Source: Candidatus Peregrinibacteria bacterium (GTDB lineage: Bacteria > Patescibacteriota > Gracilibacteria > UBA1369 > UM-FILTER-53-11). Taken from it: a DNA stretch of 32,562 bases. The notes under the pieces were generated by a model, which searched no databases, was not told the origin of the DNA, and worked only from the letters and a program-made list of their open reading frames with translations. The position numbers and the translations under genes were made by a program. The stretch spans positions 1-32,562 of the forward strand of contig JAHFJU010000006.1 of assembly GCA_023245725.1 (NCBI GenBank), given 5' to 3'. Positions 9,801 to 17,424 of this stretch are shown piece by piece. Every line of letters starts with the position of its first letter. The stretch's first letter is position 1.

Positions 9801-12800
9801 GGCGATATTGTGCGCTACACGTTAACGCTTAAGAATACCGGAAATTCGCCACTCTCACGCGTTGCTGTAATCGATGTTGTTGCAAGTCAGGTTCTCGTTA
9901 AAAATGATTCTATTTCGTGTACGAATTGTGAGCATGGTGAAATGAAAATCGACGAGTTGAAAGATGATCCTGAGAGGCCGTTTATGTTTAGTAATATAAC
10001 GATTCCCGCTAATTCAAATCGTGTAATTACATATGAGGGAACTTACACTCAATCAGCAGATGAAAGCGAAAAAGTTATTATGGTTTTGAGTCCGAATTTT
10101 ACAGACTCAACTCACAGAATTCAGGGTGAACTTTCTGCCGACACTCTGCCAGATATTTCAATTAATAAAGAGGGGAATACCAGCGGTCAGGTTCAGTATT
10201 TTATATCTAAGAAAGAAAATGGTCGCGTGACTTATGTCGAAGAAAAATCCACTCTTGAGCCCGATAGCAATGTTGCTTCAATTTCAGCTTCAATTGCTGC
10301 GATGGCGAGTTCATTCGCTGGCGCTTCTACAGGTAATGAAAATTCTCTACCACCAGAGTTAACAAATAAGTTTAATGATTTCAAGAGTGGCGATAAAGAT
10401 GGCGATGGATTGCAAGACACACTCGATGACATCAACGGAAAATTAGAAAAAGTTGGCGATGGAGTTGAGAAGGCGATGAATAAATTAACGTGCGCGGCCG
10501 GATGTATTCCAATGCCACTTAACGTTGCGGCTTTTGCCCCCGGATTCTTTAGTGTAATGGGTTTGCCTGGGGCTTTCGATATTGGGCTTCCTGCATTTGG
10601 TTGGGGTGTTCCAAATCTAATTCCAACGTGGCCACCAAGCCCTCCGGCTCAATCTGCATTAGGTGGTCGTTTCTATATTTCGCCAACTTTAACTGGAGGT
10701 ATCGGTTTCGGTCTTTGTCTTGGTCCGTACGGAACTCCAAAGAATTGTTACGCATTTGGATTGAATCCTCTCGACCTTTTACCGGGAAATATTTGTGACA
10801 AAATTGGTGGAGGTCTAAACAAACTTATTGCGAAGGCTAACAGCGTGGCCGCGAAAGCGAATGAAGGAATTACCGCTGCTATAAGCCCTAAAAAAGGCAG
10901 TGTCTCTCGCGGTGGAACCGGCTTGGTGAGTTATTCAATGGGCAGTTACGAGCCTCCTGTCCCTCATAAAAAGAATTCACGTGTTCCCGGATTTCCAAGT
11001 TTTATTACCGATTGGTTCTCTGCACAGATCGAAGAATTTATAGACAAGGCTACCGATATGCCAGACATTTATGTGATTTATCCGAAAATCACGTCGATTG
11101 CACAGTCGTTTTTGCCAACTGAGGCGTTTAATCGAACAAGCGATCCTATTAATAATATTTTGTCTTGGGTAAACAGTATTCCTCTTATAGATATTCAGTC
11201 GAGCGAGGTAAATTTCAAAGTTCCGATCATCACTGAAAAAGAAATAATGAAGGTGAAAATCGACGCGCTTCAGTGGGTAGAAGATGAAAAATATGAGTTG
11301 GATAGATGGAAGCAAATGATGCTTTGTGGAATCCCGTTATCAGGCAATAAAGATGTTCAAAATAATCAGCGTGATCAGTTTATAAATGTTGATATTTGTC
11401 ACATCGTTGATTTGCAGATGAATCAACTGATTACAAGTATTGTTGAGAATACCAAAAGGCTCGATGAATGGGTTCTGTTCCCTAAAAAAGTTCTCCAATA
11501 CCGCACTGTTAAAACATATTACGTTAATCAAATTGTCGATTATTTAAATACTGTTATTGAGTTTGTAGGAGGTTGGGCAAAACGAAATACGGCAATCGTT
11601 GAGCGTTGGAGAAAATCAATTCGCGAAATGAAAGATGTAATTGAGCACTACAAATTAATTATAAAGTTGTCGATGGACGCAAACGCGTCGTGTGATTTGT
11701 GTAAGACTGAGAGGTACGGACTCGATGAACTTATTCTAAAGATTTTTGCAGCAATTCCTAAGCCGCCGGTTATTCCATTGCCGCGACTTCCTGATTTTGT
11801 AATTGATGTTTCAAAGATTCAAGCTGGAGTTACAATTCAGTGGCCCGACATTACATTCGCTCCAGAGCCGCTTATAATCCCGAAAATTCCACGCATTCAT
11901 TTGGGTGTGAATCTTACGATTCCAAACTTTAAGTTAATGCTGCCGGCAATTCCGCTTTTGCCTGCTCCTCCCGATTTGCCCGATTTGCCGCCATTACCAC
12001 CATTGAAATTGGGTAAATTGCCAGACCTTCCTCCTGCGCCAACGTTACCAGATTTGCCTGCAAGTCTACAGGCGACATTGCGTTTGTTAAGCCAACTCTA
12101 CCGAATTTATTGTATTATTAAATTAGGATTTACTCCGGTAGATGAGGTGTTTCTCAAAACCCGAATTGAGCAAATTACCGCGCGTGGGCTTACTCCTGTT
12201 TTGCCAATCGATATGTTATTGGCATTTCCGGGGCCGTCGATTAAGGTTACATATATCGATCAAATCGTGGTGACCGCATTCTTGAATTTGCGCACCGATA
12301 TGACGTTTATTCAAAAGGCGGTTGAGGCCGTTGCGGCAAAATCCAATAAATTTACAAACGAATTTGTAAGCAAGATTAATAAATTCACCGAGAATCTTGC
12401 AAAGACGATCGAGCAGTACACATCGCCAACGTTCAATGTAAATGTTAACGCTAATGGTGATACTTCTGTTAATGGCAAAAAGGTAAATTATGTTTCTCCT
12501 GCTGAAAATAATGTTCCTCAGTCTGTTAAAGATGCTCTTAATAAGAAAGATAAATACGGAGATGTTCTCTCAAAAGTATTTGGTGAAAATATAAATAATG
12601 TTGATGATGCACATTCAAAGCTCGCAGGAATATTCAGCAATCTTAGCAAAGAGCAGCGGGAATATCAGGCCAAGCTCGACAAAATTCCAGAGAAATACGT
12701 TCTAACCGCCGAACCAGTCACTCTTGAAGAAGCGAAAATTTCTCTAAAAAATGATGGGGTAAATTCAAATATTGATGACGTTCGTTTGTTAGCAGAAGAG

Positions 12801-15800
12801 TCTCCGACATTAAAACAAATCGTCGCGTATCGCGATGAACTTTCTAAATATGCGCAAGGCACATCTTCTGATACGTTGTCTTTGAGTCAATTAATTGCTG
12901 AGTCATCTCCTTCAACTCCTCAATCACCATTTTCAAAATTAACCGCTTCGCTCAATACTCCTCAAATTTCTGACGAACCAGAAAAAGTAAGCAGTATGGT
13001 AAATAATTTAGACGGAAATAAAATTGCTCAAGTACCGCCTGTTCCGGGTGCAGACATGGCTCAGGGAAGCGATGCTCTTGATGGTTCCGTAAATAATGTT
13101 GGTATTTTTTATCAGGATTCTCATGGTGAAAATCGTCGTCTTCTTAACTACACACTTGAGGCAGATTCAAGCAGTTTCTTAGAAACGCTCGATGCTGACC
13201 ACGATGGTGATAATGAAAAAATATATTCATACGGTCGAAACGTATTTATAAAAGAAAACTATTCTCCTGCGCAAAATGGACATGCTCGTGAGGGTTATGC
13301 TCGTCGTATATTTAGCGGATACGATGTTGAAAAAACTACAGTTTACGACTTGCTCAAAGGCGCTTCTGCACCACGCGATGTTCGTGTAGATTCCGAATCG
13401 GCGCACGATTCTACTATTTCGTTTGTAGTTCCAGAAGTTCAAAAATCAAACATTGTAGGCTTCGATGTGACTACTCATTCTACCGTTGATGACGCTCAAA
13501 TTAATGGATTAAGAACACCAAAAGCTGTTAACCGATATACCGTAAATGCTGCTGAAAAAACAAGTGAAGCTGTAAATGCGCAAAACAATGTTGTGGCTGT
13601 CGTTGAATCGGTTGAAGGCTTAGTAAAAGCAAAAGGCGAGCCTGTCGGTAACGGAACACAGCTAGAAAAAGGAATCTTCGTCGATGTCGGCAAAGGTGCT
13701 TCTGCTGTAATTAAATTTAACGATGGTACGCGAATTGAAGCCGATGAAAATAGCGGATTTACTATTCCAGAGGGGCCTGCGTTTGAGCTAACAAAAGGCA
13801 AGGCTACTCTTACATTGAGTGAAGCGCCTGACTTATTGAAAACGAGTTCTGCGGTTACCGTAAGCGATGGTTCGCTCACTGTAATAATGGCTGGTGGTAG
13901 TTCGGCCGTTGTTACGTCTGGCGGTTCTCTTACTATTCCTGCTCTTGAAGTTCCAAAAACTATTCTTGCGCGTGTTACCGATAATGCAATTATTAACGGT
14001 GGTACACGTGAATATATTTCAAAGGCTGACGGACAGTTCCATCTAAATGCAGGAGATAAAATTCATGCTTTATCTACTGCGCATGTTAAGTGGGCTATCG
14101 ATGACAACGATCAGCATACATACACATTGAAAAATGCGATTTTGAGTGTTCCTGAGTCGAGTGTAGATGGATTAAACATTGCTATTGAAGACGGTACAAT
14201 TGAAATAATCCATTCAACAACTATTGGAGTTACCGCTATTAGAACGGGTTCTGCGTTGCTCGATGGAGAAAAAGTTGAAGTGCAAACTGGTGCAGTGGTT
14301 GTTGAATCGCGCGTTGGTGAACTTGAAAATGGCACGCTTAACGACACCGATTCTCGCCGTTCTGTTTTGTACGCGCATCAAACATTGTCGGTGAATTCGT
14401 TCGATTCTCTCGATGGAATTTCTCTCAAAATTTATGCTGATCCTGCGTTTTATTATGCGCGTGTTACTAGTATTATGGCCGATGGAAGCCAATCTGTAAG
14501 CTCTGCTACGACATTGCTTGCGCCGCAGCCATGTGGCGATAATACGATTCCATATGCAAACGCTGGCGCGAGCGAATTTACAGTTGCAGTAGGAAAAGAG
14601 CTAACAATTGACGCGTCTCGTTCGTTCGACAGCAACGGAAAAATTACCGGGTATCAGCTCGATACCGATTTATCGGTAGATAGTAATCATGATGGAGATC
14701 CTCAAAACGATGCCGATCAAACTCATGGCGCCGATCAAACTTCGTTTGCAGTTGGCCCATATTCCGATGCTAAAGACATTCGCATGATGTTGACTGTTTT
14801 TGACGAGGCTCATAATGCCGGCAAGCAATCTATTACTATTAATGTTGTGTCTCCGACAATTATTCTCGATAAGGAGCCTCTTTCAAATGGTGATATTTCT
14901 GGCCACATAGAGCCAAAAGAGGCGAATGTGCCAATTGTTATTGCTCGTCTGCGAAAAGACGGCGGTGCCGGTTGGGAGCTAATTAAAACTTCTTCTGCAA
15001 ATCAAAACGGTCAGTATCTCACCGATAATAATGGCGAGTTTAGAATTACGGATTCAGTACAAAAAGAAGGATTGATTCTATATGTAGCTGATAAAGAAGT
15101 CGCTTTAGTAAACCAGAAAACTGGAAGAATAACTATTATTGACCAGAGTTATGAGGTGAGTGCCTTGCCTGCCATAGCCGGTAAGGTTCCAACACGTCTT
15201 TCAGTGTTTAAAAAAGGTGATTCTGCAGATGCCAAACCATACACGTTTGTTTATTTTGTTCCAGACGTTAATACCGACGCGACTATAGATTCTCGTGACA
15301 CTGAGTATACAATTGGCGGCGTTTCATTTATGAGCGGGGTTCACGTTAAACCGCTAGCGGAAGCCGATAATCAAGGTATTTCATTTAAAGTCCTCTCAGG
15401 TGCCGACCCTGTAAATCCGGGGGGAGTTGTAATTCGTGATAATGCAAATAAGCAAATTGCTCTAGTCGATGTGAATGGCGATGTACTGCTAAACAAGGAC
15501 ACTCTTTCACTTCGAGTAAAAGAGATTTCTGATTCTGCCAAATCGCAAGACCCGGTAGTGTTTGAACTCCTTTTGCAAAATAAACCTATTGCAGAAATAT
15601 TTATTGCTACAAAAAATCTTGGTAAAGACGATGTGAATATTATTAAAACGCCGACTCTGCCGCTGCGCCCAAGGCCTATAAATAAGCCAAATACTTCTAC
15701 GGCAAATTCTCAAAATTCAAGGCAGCAACCTGTCGAACAACCATTCGCCGATATTCAAAAAGGCGATCCGTTCAATGAGATTATTAAAAAATTATTTGTT

Positions 15801-16715
15801 CGTGGAATTGTTGCAGGTTACGCAACAGGTACTCAAGGCGAATTTGAGTTCAGGCCTGATCAGCAAATAGCCCGTTCAGAGTTCACTCAAATTGTTTTGA
15901 AGATGCTTTGTATCGTTCCAAGACCAGAGGCATATCGCTTGCCTACGCCATTTTACGACGTTGTTGACCCTCGGCTTTGGTTCTATGCAGTTTTGAAAGA
16001 AGGCAATATTAGAGGATTTATTAAAGGATATGTTGGCGAGGCTCGACGAGATAAAACCACTGGTAATGTACTGACTCCATTTAAACCAGCAAGTTCTATA
16101 ACTCGTGCAGAGGCTGTCACTGTTGTTATTGCCGCGCTCGATGAAGAAAAAATTATTGATTTGAGTCGTGCTGATCTAAGAGCTCATGCAGGTGAGCAGT
16201 GGTATGACCCATACCTTCGTGTTGCCGTAAACCTTACGCCGTACCTTACGCGCGCCGAAGATGCCGCACTACAGCCATTTTTATTGACTCGCGATGAGGC
16301 GTTGCGTCCGACCGAATTAATTACTCGTCGCGATTTTGCTTTGATCGCTGACAGAGTTTTGCTACTGAGAGATTGTGGCGCGCCTGCTGTTTCGCAAGCT
16401 GATGAACAGGTTGCACCAGCCGATAACGGCCAAAATAATCCGTCTGATGTTTCGGCTAATGGCCAAAGTCAGGTTCCTGATAATGCGCAGCAAAACAACG
16501 AAAACGCTAATAATGTAGCGCAAAACGAAGTAATTCCTGTTGATAATAAAGAAGGAATATTTATTGTCGATACCGGTTGCGCGAATGAATGTCCGTGCCG
16601 TGTTCGTATTGCTCCAGCCGCCGACATGTCTTCTGGCGATACGATTTTCGCAGCGATTGCAGGGCCGAATGGAGTGCCTATTTATGCAAAATCTAACGAA
16701 GAAAAATACCCTTAA
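3873..16715 (+). CDS. Giant secreted, SLH-anchored mosaic surface protein (4,280 aa), a putative adhesin or S-layer-associated fibre
   Basis: It is an uninterrupted 12,843-nt ORF with a TTG start 14 nt after AAGGAGG. The signal peptide reads MKTIFKKIGVGLTLIVFMSVTFGSPIVQG. I recognised Ig-like, FG-GAP/VCBS, DUF11-like, PKD-like and SLH motifs, listed as separate features below. All antisense ORFs inside it are short and low-complexity. Confidence 0.93.
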   Translation: MKTIFKKIGVGLTLIVFMSVTFGSPIVQGYSNPDNYDLVALLVEQGMYQDVVNYSGLVGSVQSNKISVTTNTSRIDRYAMDVQRTLPGTRVVIIQVDRYEKPENVRTVLQRLYFDGDPQADGALATLKGIVAIGEVPLPVVNKGGNRFISLFPYTDLENSAYVFNDKTGDFELNANVSDPRVEVWHGVIRPPVSTQTEDGRKLLAAYLDKNHLYHSGDQAFSKFDSRLFFQDYYNEKKQINKTAYTSYLQFINHQDDISYMRYTKKLFNELSGSVDSELADAGQQSADLRTQLQAAGVPFDDSSPSSGVELPGSGGEVDKNAIPDIMTKIAKMSDSLMKKYNEIFSKYPSLVNDFVRYTGRYYVPDTSTDDVTDYKTNADSSVNLIAEKDEYNRVYLRLVNDMIERKIDEISAQLQLDVSLSNANVNVKSVSGVGGVRVEPYSTSGSVSDAVQFVIDRLKTAISTLPLGDIRDNTIKAAKTAFNLVFFSPETPADGDRLSYSKNYLNYSPKVGINDAAYFSKFFPTYPLDDDTGTKAANINGVQWDDINSVEQCSLYRGSLGAGEYSNLVEANRANNINTAQESAADNLEDHGGCYYDGTNLYAHPDTTSGYKQCYPDDSRTPVLDLAGSIATDAVPFTGYDDYRACLNFRPEYEMYKERIAVDQIHEKLDDRSQDRKGRDRDKILETVRPMIDGGLDIPFDGDPSPDQQVLFKSKSPRYSVTLGDVLRSTEVGWSYINARDSHYGDWRYLFEKMITAYSDGRNHIVHVTNTVLTNAAVVISISKNDEKHFSSIRVHKEPTKPTLIAEGDGFVTKDLPVDEPRYITFQDKRKNPVSIVYPDAFSVKSFDDLTAKLHELEAKLNALSIDQSVCNGCLTGLISAAAEQVSEADHETIINRANQFKLADAISWKDLDIDSRHVYIAENYLDSAHTAFVNPEKEKGYEISYFNGEGDSQGYDLGFNSELLASATPLVEVEKPYADDPNNPFDDPPPQQQGGYDLFTWNPPPVSPWYERVKEWYADLKNNTSFTVSFGEEKQKNSENQAKELEAEKQKIKDEANAFVSSPEDADKIVLSRVKKIRITADSTAAVVGKKVTFGVDLLDENDALVSTEFNRVDVTVDNGATVMDNDEDPTADGTQRTVIGGHADVSFIAPVNPAAVTVTVKMNSQPDIGKTQQFAILKSATIALGIAQTAIVADGRGLIPVTLSAVDDKGSLLANVNGTVHIALSDDSLARATKEVQLVRGRAQFTVRAGVKKGELIINAATSNLDPAAATIKFLPGPAVKLVLVKNADVLIANPGESIDVTAQIFDAYNNLIDTNTGTPISFVLNDSAVDIAELTSLTANTVDGLATVRVLPKGKSGSISVTAKTRGLRDAILTLNVVKKFGTGSLSRINPESLVTALLGIPAGNVSAPKAFGSSMVFAGKNEAVTTLTTSPKQYSKVFEVSDKGALTSDPDRVSVSFVPGNHLAFLMRDTRYGIDLAKIYVITKKDGQFALTDEQSPEKLSDGIYLHATSSDPSYVFDKSRGSLRISKSDEERIEVQTNGFVKVYDQNFTVRPKKSDYLTLEILEGQTVVAEVYIVQRFNQDVRTYSNTGDISNDAAGVYVQPFALPGTFFFEPSFSGNTTSASLGMALKDRSQVLDGAGSPGFGYNSFEDSLDSMGVGFTQDNKFALLFSAGEIFGEANRQYMSDATIVLGDPTVRLNNAPHEDNFSIDVGTLLYSATSDVRGLLSFDVNSDGFEDLLVVQQDGLIKYIQNGGGVNNFTDRGTLLNIKNGIQDFTKVDINGDGQQDIVVAAKNGCTVDSTCIDIFLNNRGSFTRQNVTFDQTEKITAIKASDMNGDNKVDLVFTDTAGDISLLLNHGDSFANHRVVIGNVGLKTEPGKNVIANTLVRYAGILERNPDGPQNETEAKNQQFYMPVELSVANPDSHANDSGIDAVNPILKISQDFMYADAPISSLKTSTKYAQDVNGDVLRNGDIVRYTLTLKNTGNSPLSRVAVIDVVASQVLVKNDSISCTNCEHGEMKIDELKDDPERPFMFSNITIPANSNRVITYEGTYTQSADESEKVIMVLSPNFTDSTHRIQGELSADTLPDISINKEGNTSGQVQYFISKKENGRVTYVEEKSTLEPDSNVASISASIAAMASSFAGASTGNENSLPPELTNKFNDFKSGDKDGDGLQDTLDDINGKLEKVGDGVEKAMNKLTCAAGCIPMPLNVAAFAPGFFSVMGLPGAFDIGLPAFGWGVPNLIPTWPPSPPAQSALGGRFYISPTLTGGIGFGLCLGPYGTPKNCYAFGLNPLDLLPGNICDKIGGGLNKLIAKANSVAAKANEGITAAISPKKGSVSRGGTGLVSYSMGSYEPPVPHKKNSRVPGFPSFITDWFSAQIEEFIDKATDMPDIYVIYPKITSIAQSFLPTEAFNRTSDPINNILSWVNSIPLIDIQSSEVNFKVPIITEKEIMKVKIDALQWVEDEKYELDRWKQMMLCGIPLSGNKDVQNNQRDQFINVDICHIVDLQMNQLITSIVENTKRLDEWVLFPKKVLQYRTVKTYYVNQIVDYLNTVIEFVGGWAKRNTAIVERWRKSIREMKDVIEHYKLIIKLSMDANASCDLCKTERYGLDELILKIFAAIPKPPVIPLPRLPDFVIDVSKIQAGVTIQWPDITFAPEPLIIPKIPRIHLGVNLTIPNFKLMLPAIPLLPAPPDLPDLPPLPPLKLGKLPDLPPAPTLPDLPASLQATLRLLSQLYRIYCIIKLGFTPVDEVFLKTRIEQITARGLTPVLPIDMLLAFPGPSIKVTYIDQIVVTAFLNLRTDMTFIQKAVEAVAAKSNKFTNEFVSKINKFTENLAKTIEQYTSPTFNVNVNANGDTSVNGKKVNYVSPAENNVPQSVKDALNKKDKYGDVLSKVFGENINNVDDAHSKLAGIFSNLSKEQREYQAKLDKIPEKYVLTAEPVTLEEAKISLKNDGVNSNIDDVRLLAEESPTLKQIVAYRDELSKYAQGTSSDTLSLSQLIAESSPSTPQSPFSKLTASLNTPQISDEPEKVSSMVNNLDGNKIAQVPPVPGADMAQGSDALDGSVNNVGIFYQDSHGENRRLLNYTLEADSSSFLETLDADHDGDNEKIYSYGRNVFIKENYSPAQNGHAREGYARRIFSGYDVEKTTVYDLLKGASAPRDVRVDSESAHDSTISFVVPEVQKSNIVGFDVTTHSTVDDAQINGLRTPKAVNRYTVNAAEKTSEAVNAQNNVVAVVESVEGLVKAKGEPVGNGTQLEKGIFVDVGKGASAVIKFNDGTRIEADENSGFTIPEGPAFELTKGKATLTLSEAPDLLKTSSAVTVSDGSLTVIMAGGSSAVVTSGGSLTIPALEVPKTILARVTDNAIINGGTREYISKADGQFHLNAGDKIHALSTAHVKWAIDDNDQHTYTLKNAILSVPESSVDGLNIAIEDGTIEIIHSTTIGVTAIRTGSALLDGEKVEVQTGAVVVESRVGELENGTLNDTDSRRSVLYAHQTLSVNSFDSLDGISLKIYADPAFYYARVTSIMADGSQSVSSATTLLAPQPCGDNTIPYANAGASEFTVAVGKELTIDASRSFDSNGKITGYQLDTDLSVDSNHDGDPQNDADQTHGADQTSFAVGPYSDAKDIRMMLTVFDEAHNAGKQSITINVVSPTIILDKEPLSNGDISGHIEPKEANVPIVIARLRKDGGAGWELIKTSSANQNGQYLTDNNGEFRITDSVQKEGLILYVADKEVALVNQKTGRITIIDQSYEVSALPAIAGKVPTRLSVFKKGDSADAKPYTFVYFVPDVNTDATIDSRDTEYTIGGVSFMSGVHVKPLAEADNQGISFKVLSGADPVNPGGVVIRDNANKQIALVDVNGDVLLNKDTLSLRVKEISDSAKSQDPVVFELLLQNKPIAEIFIATKNLGKDDVNIIKTPTLPLRPRPINKPNTSTANSQNSRQQPVEQPFADIQKGDPFNEIIKKLFVRGIVAGYATGTQGEFEFRPDQQIARSEFTQIVLKMLCIVPRPEAYRLPTPFYDVVDPRLWFYAVLKEGNIRGFIKGYVGEARRDKTTGNVLTPFKPASSITRAEAVTVVIAALDEEKIIDLSRADLRAHAGEQWYDPYLRVAVNLTPYLTRAEDAALQPFLLTRDEALRPTELITRRDFALIADRVLLLRDCGAPAVSQADEQVAPADNGQNNPSDVSANGQSQVPDNAQQNNENANNVAQNEVIPVDNKEGIFIVDTGCANECPCRVRIAPAADMSSGDTIFAAIAGPNGVPIYAKSNEEKYP
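7101..8020 (+). other. Three tandem bacterial Ig-like (Big/invasin-type) modules within the giant protein
   Basis: Three segments of about 95-100 aa each have the same pattern: ITADSTAAVVGKKVTFGVDLLDENDALV...VTVTVKM; IAQTAIVADGRGLIPVTLSAVDDKGSLLANVNGTVHIAL...GELIINAAT; and KLVLVKNADVLIANPGESIDVTAQIFDAYNNLI...GSISVTAKT. Confidence 0.65.
9060..9470 (+). other. FG-GAP/VCBS-type (integrin-alpha-like) repeats within the giant protein
   Basis: Three Ca-binding-like repeats are present: FDVNSDGFEDLLVVQQDG, VDINGDGQQDIVVAAKNG and ASDMNGDNKVDLVFTDTAGD. Confidence 0.7.
9774..10049 (+). other. DUF11-like 'conserved repeat' beta-sandwich module within the giant protein
   Basis: DVNGDVLRNGDIVRYTLTLKNTGNSPLSRVAVIDVV...ITIPANSNRVITYEGTY matches the G-D-x-(V/I)-x-Y-x-(I/L)-x-(V/L)-x-N-x-G signature. 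Confidence 0.55.
10491..10815 (+). other. Gly/Pro/aromatic-rich hydrophobic segment bracketed by Cys, within the giant protein
   Basis: The segment reads CAAGCIPMPLNVAAFAPGFFSVMGLPGAFDIGLPAFGWGVPNLIPTWPPSPPAQSALGGRFYISPTLTGGIGFGLCLGPYGTPKNCYAFGLNPLDLLPGNICDKIGGG. It has almost no charged residues over about 100 aa, in an otherwise highly charged protein. Confidence 0.6.
11757..12066 (+). other. Proline-rich PxxP / PDLP tract within the giant protein
   Basis: The tract reads PKPPVIPLPRLPDF...IIPKIPRIHLG...LPAIPLLPAPPDLPDLPPLPPLKLGKLPDLPPAPTLPDLPASL. It includes a direct 9-nt duplication, ccgatttgc ccgatttgc, at about 11974..11992. Confidence 0.75.
14532..14856 (+). other. PKD-like domain within the giant protein
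   Basis: CGDNTIPYANAGASEFTVAVGKELTIDASRSFDSNGKITGYQLDTD...MMLTVFDEAHNAGKQSITINVVSP shows the A-x-A-G...V-x-(F/L)-D-(A/G)-S-x-S-x-D...(Y/W)-x-(W/L)-D...V-x-D pattern typical of PKD domains. Confidence 0.6.
15744..16370 (+). other. Three tandem S-layer homology (SLH) domains, a cell-wall anchoring module, within the giant protein
   Basis: The three domains are FADIQKGDPFNEIIKKLFVRGIVAGYATGTQGEFEFRPDQQIARSEFTQIVLKML; FYDVVDPRLWFYAVLKEGNIRGFIKGYVG...FKPASSITRAEAVTVVIAAL; and a weaker third, WYDPYLRVAV...LRPTELITRRDFALIADRVL. Confidence 0.8.
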
Positions 16716-16721
16716 ATAGTG

Positions 16722-16727
16722 TATAAT
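16722..16727 (+). promoter_or_regulatory. Possible internal -10 element (TATAAT) ahead of the four-gene cluster
   Basis: TATAAT lies 11 nt upstream of the ATG at 16739, in the 23-nt gap after the giant gene. There is no SD. Read-through from the giant gene would also explain expression. Confidence 0.25.
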
Positions 16728-16738
16728 TATCAGATGAT

Positions 16739-17419
16739 ATGAAACTAAAAAATATAAAAATTAAAACAGTGTTTAACGCCGTGCTTATAACATTAACAGT
16801 CGCTTTAATGTGTGTAGAAGTGCAGCTTGTTTTTAAAGGAGGATTTGAGAGGGTTTTTGCGAGCGATCCAGCACCAGTGGCTGACGCTCCAGCGGTGCCC
16901 GATGCCGCTGCTGGTCAACCCGCTGCTGCAGATTCTCCTCCAACCACAATGTCGAAAGATATTACTGGTGAAGAACAGCTTCAATGTGCGACCATCATGC
17001 GTCCGTATATGGAAGATAAGCGAAAAGAGTTTGCGGATTTTATTAATGAACACTTTAAATCTAAGGCTCCTACTTCTGAATTAATTCCTGTTGCGATTGA
17101 GCGGCTACGTCAGTATCGCGATGAAATTCGTGCGCGGCTTAATGAATTCGGCCCTCATGATGGCCGTAATTTAGAGGTTTTGGCCTCTGAAAGCGGTGCA
17201 TGTCGCGATGTGGTAAATGAAAATTATAAAATTTCTAAAGATCTATTGCAGAATCATATTCAAGAAAATTCGTACGCTAAAAAATCGACACGATTGCTCG
17301 ATAAGTACAAAGAAATAAATTCTCAGCTCGATAAAATGAACTTTGACGTCGCACAGATGTACGCAAATTTTAGTATTTTTTCACAAAAATTGCCGTGTTA
17401 CGCGCGGTCATGCCAATAA
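16739..17419 (+). CDS. Small secreted or N-terminally anchored Cys-containing protein P1 (226 aa), hypothetical
   Basis: MKLKNIKIKTVFNAVLITLTVALMCVEVQLVFKGG is a basic leader plus a hydrophobic helix. It is followed by an Ala/Pro-rich linker and a helical region, and the protein ends ...KLPCYARSCQ. There are four Cys beyond the anchor. Confidence 0.75.
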   Translation: MKLKNIKIKTVFNAVLITLTVALMCVEVQLVFKGGFERVFASDPAPVADAPAVPDAAAGQPAAADSPPTTMSKDITGEEQLQCATIMRPYMEDKRKEFADFINEHFKSKAPTSELIPVAIERLRQYRDEIRARLNEFGPHDGRNLEVLASESGACRDVVNENYKISKDLLQNHIQENSYAKKSTRLLDKYKEINSQLDKMNFDVAQMYANFSIFSQKLPCYARSCQ

Positions 17420-17424
17420 CTAAA

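Noticed and set aside
3873-16715. An alternative genetic code (UGA recoding, tables 4/25), as seen in some candidate phyla.
   Set aside because: A 4,280-codon ORF is already open under the standard code. TGA ends the pilin gene (3667..3669) and aroE (28183..28185) at the expected protein lengths, so recoding is not needed.
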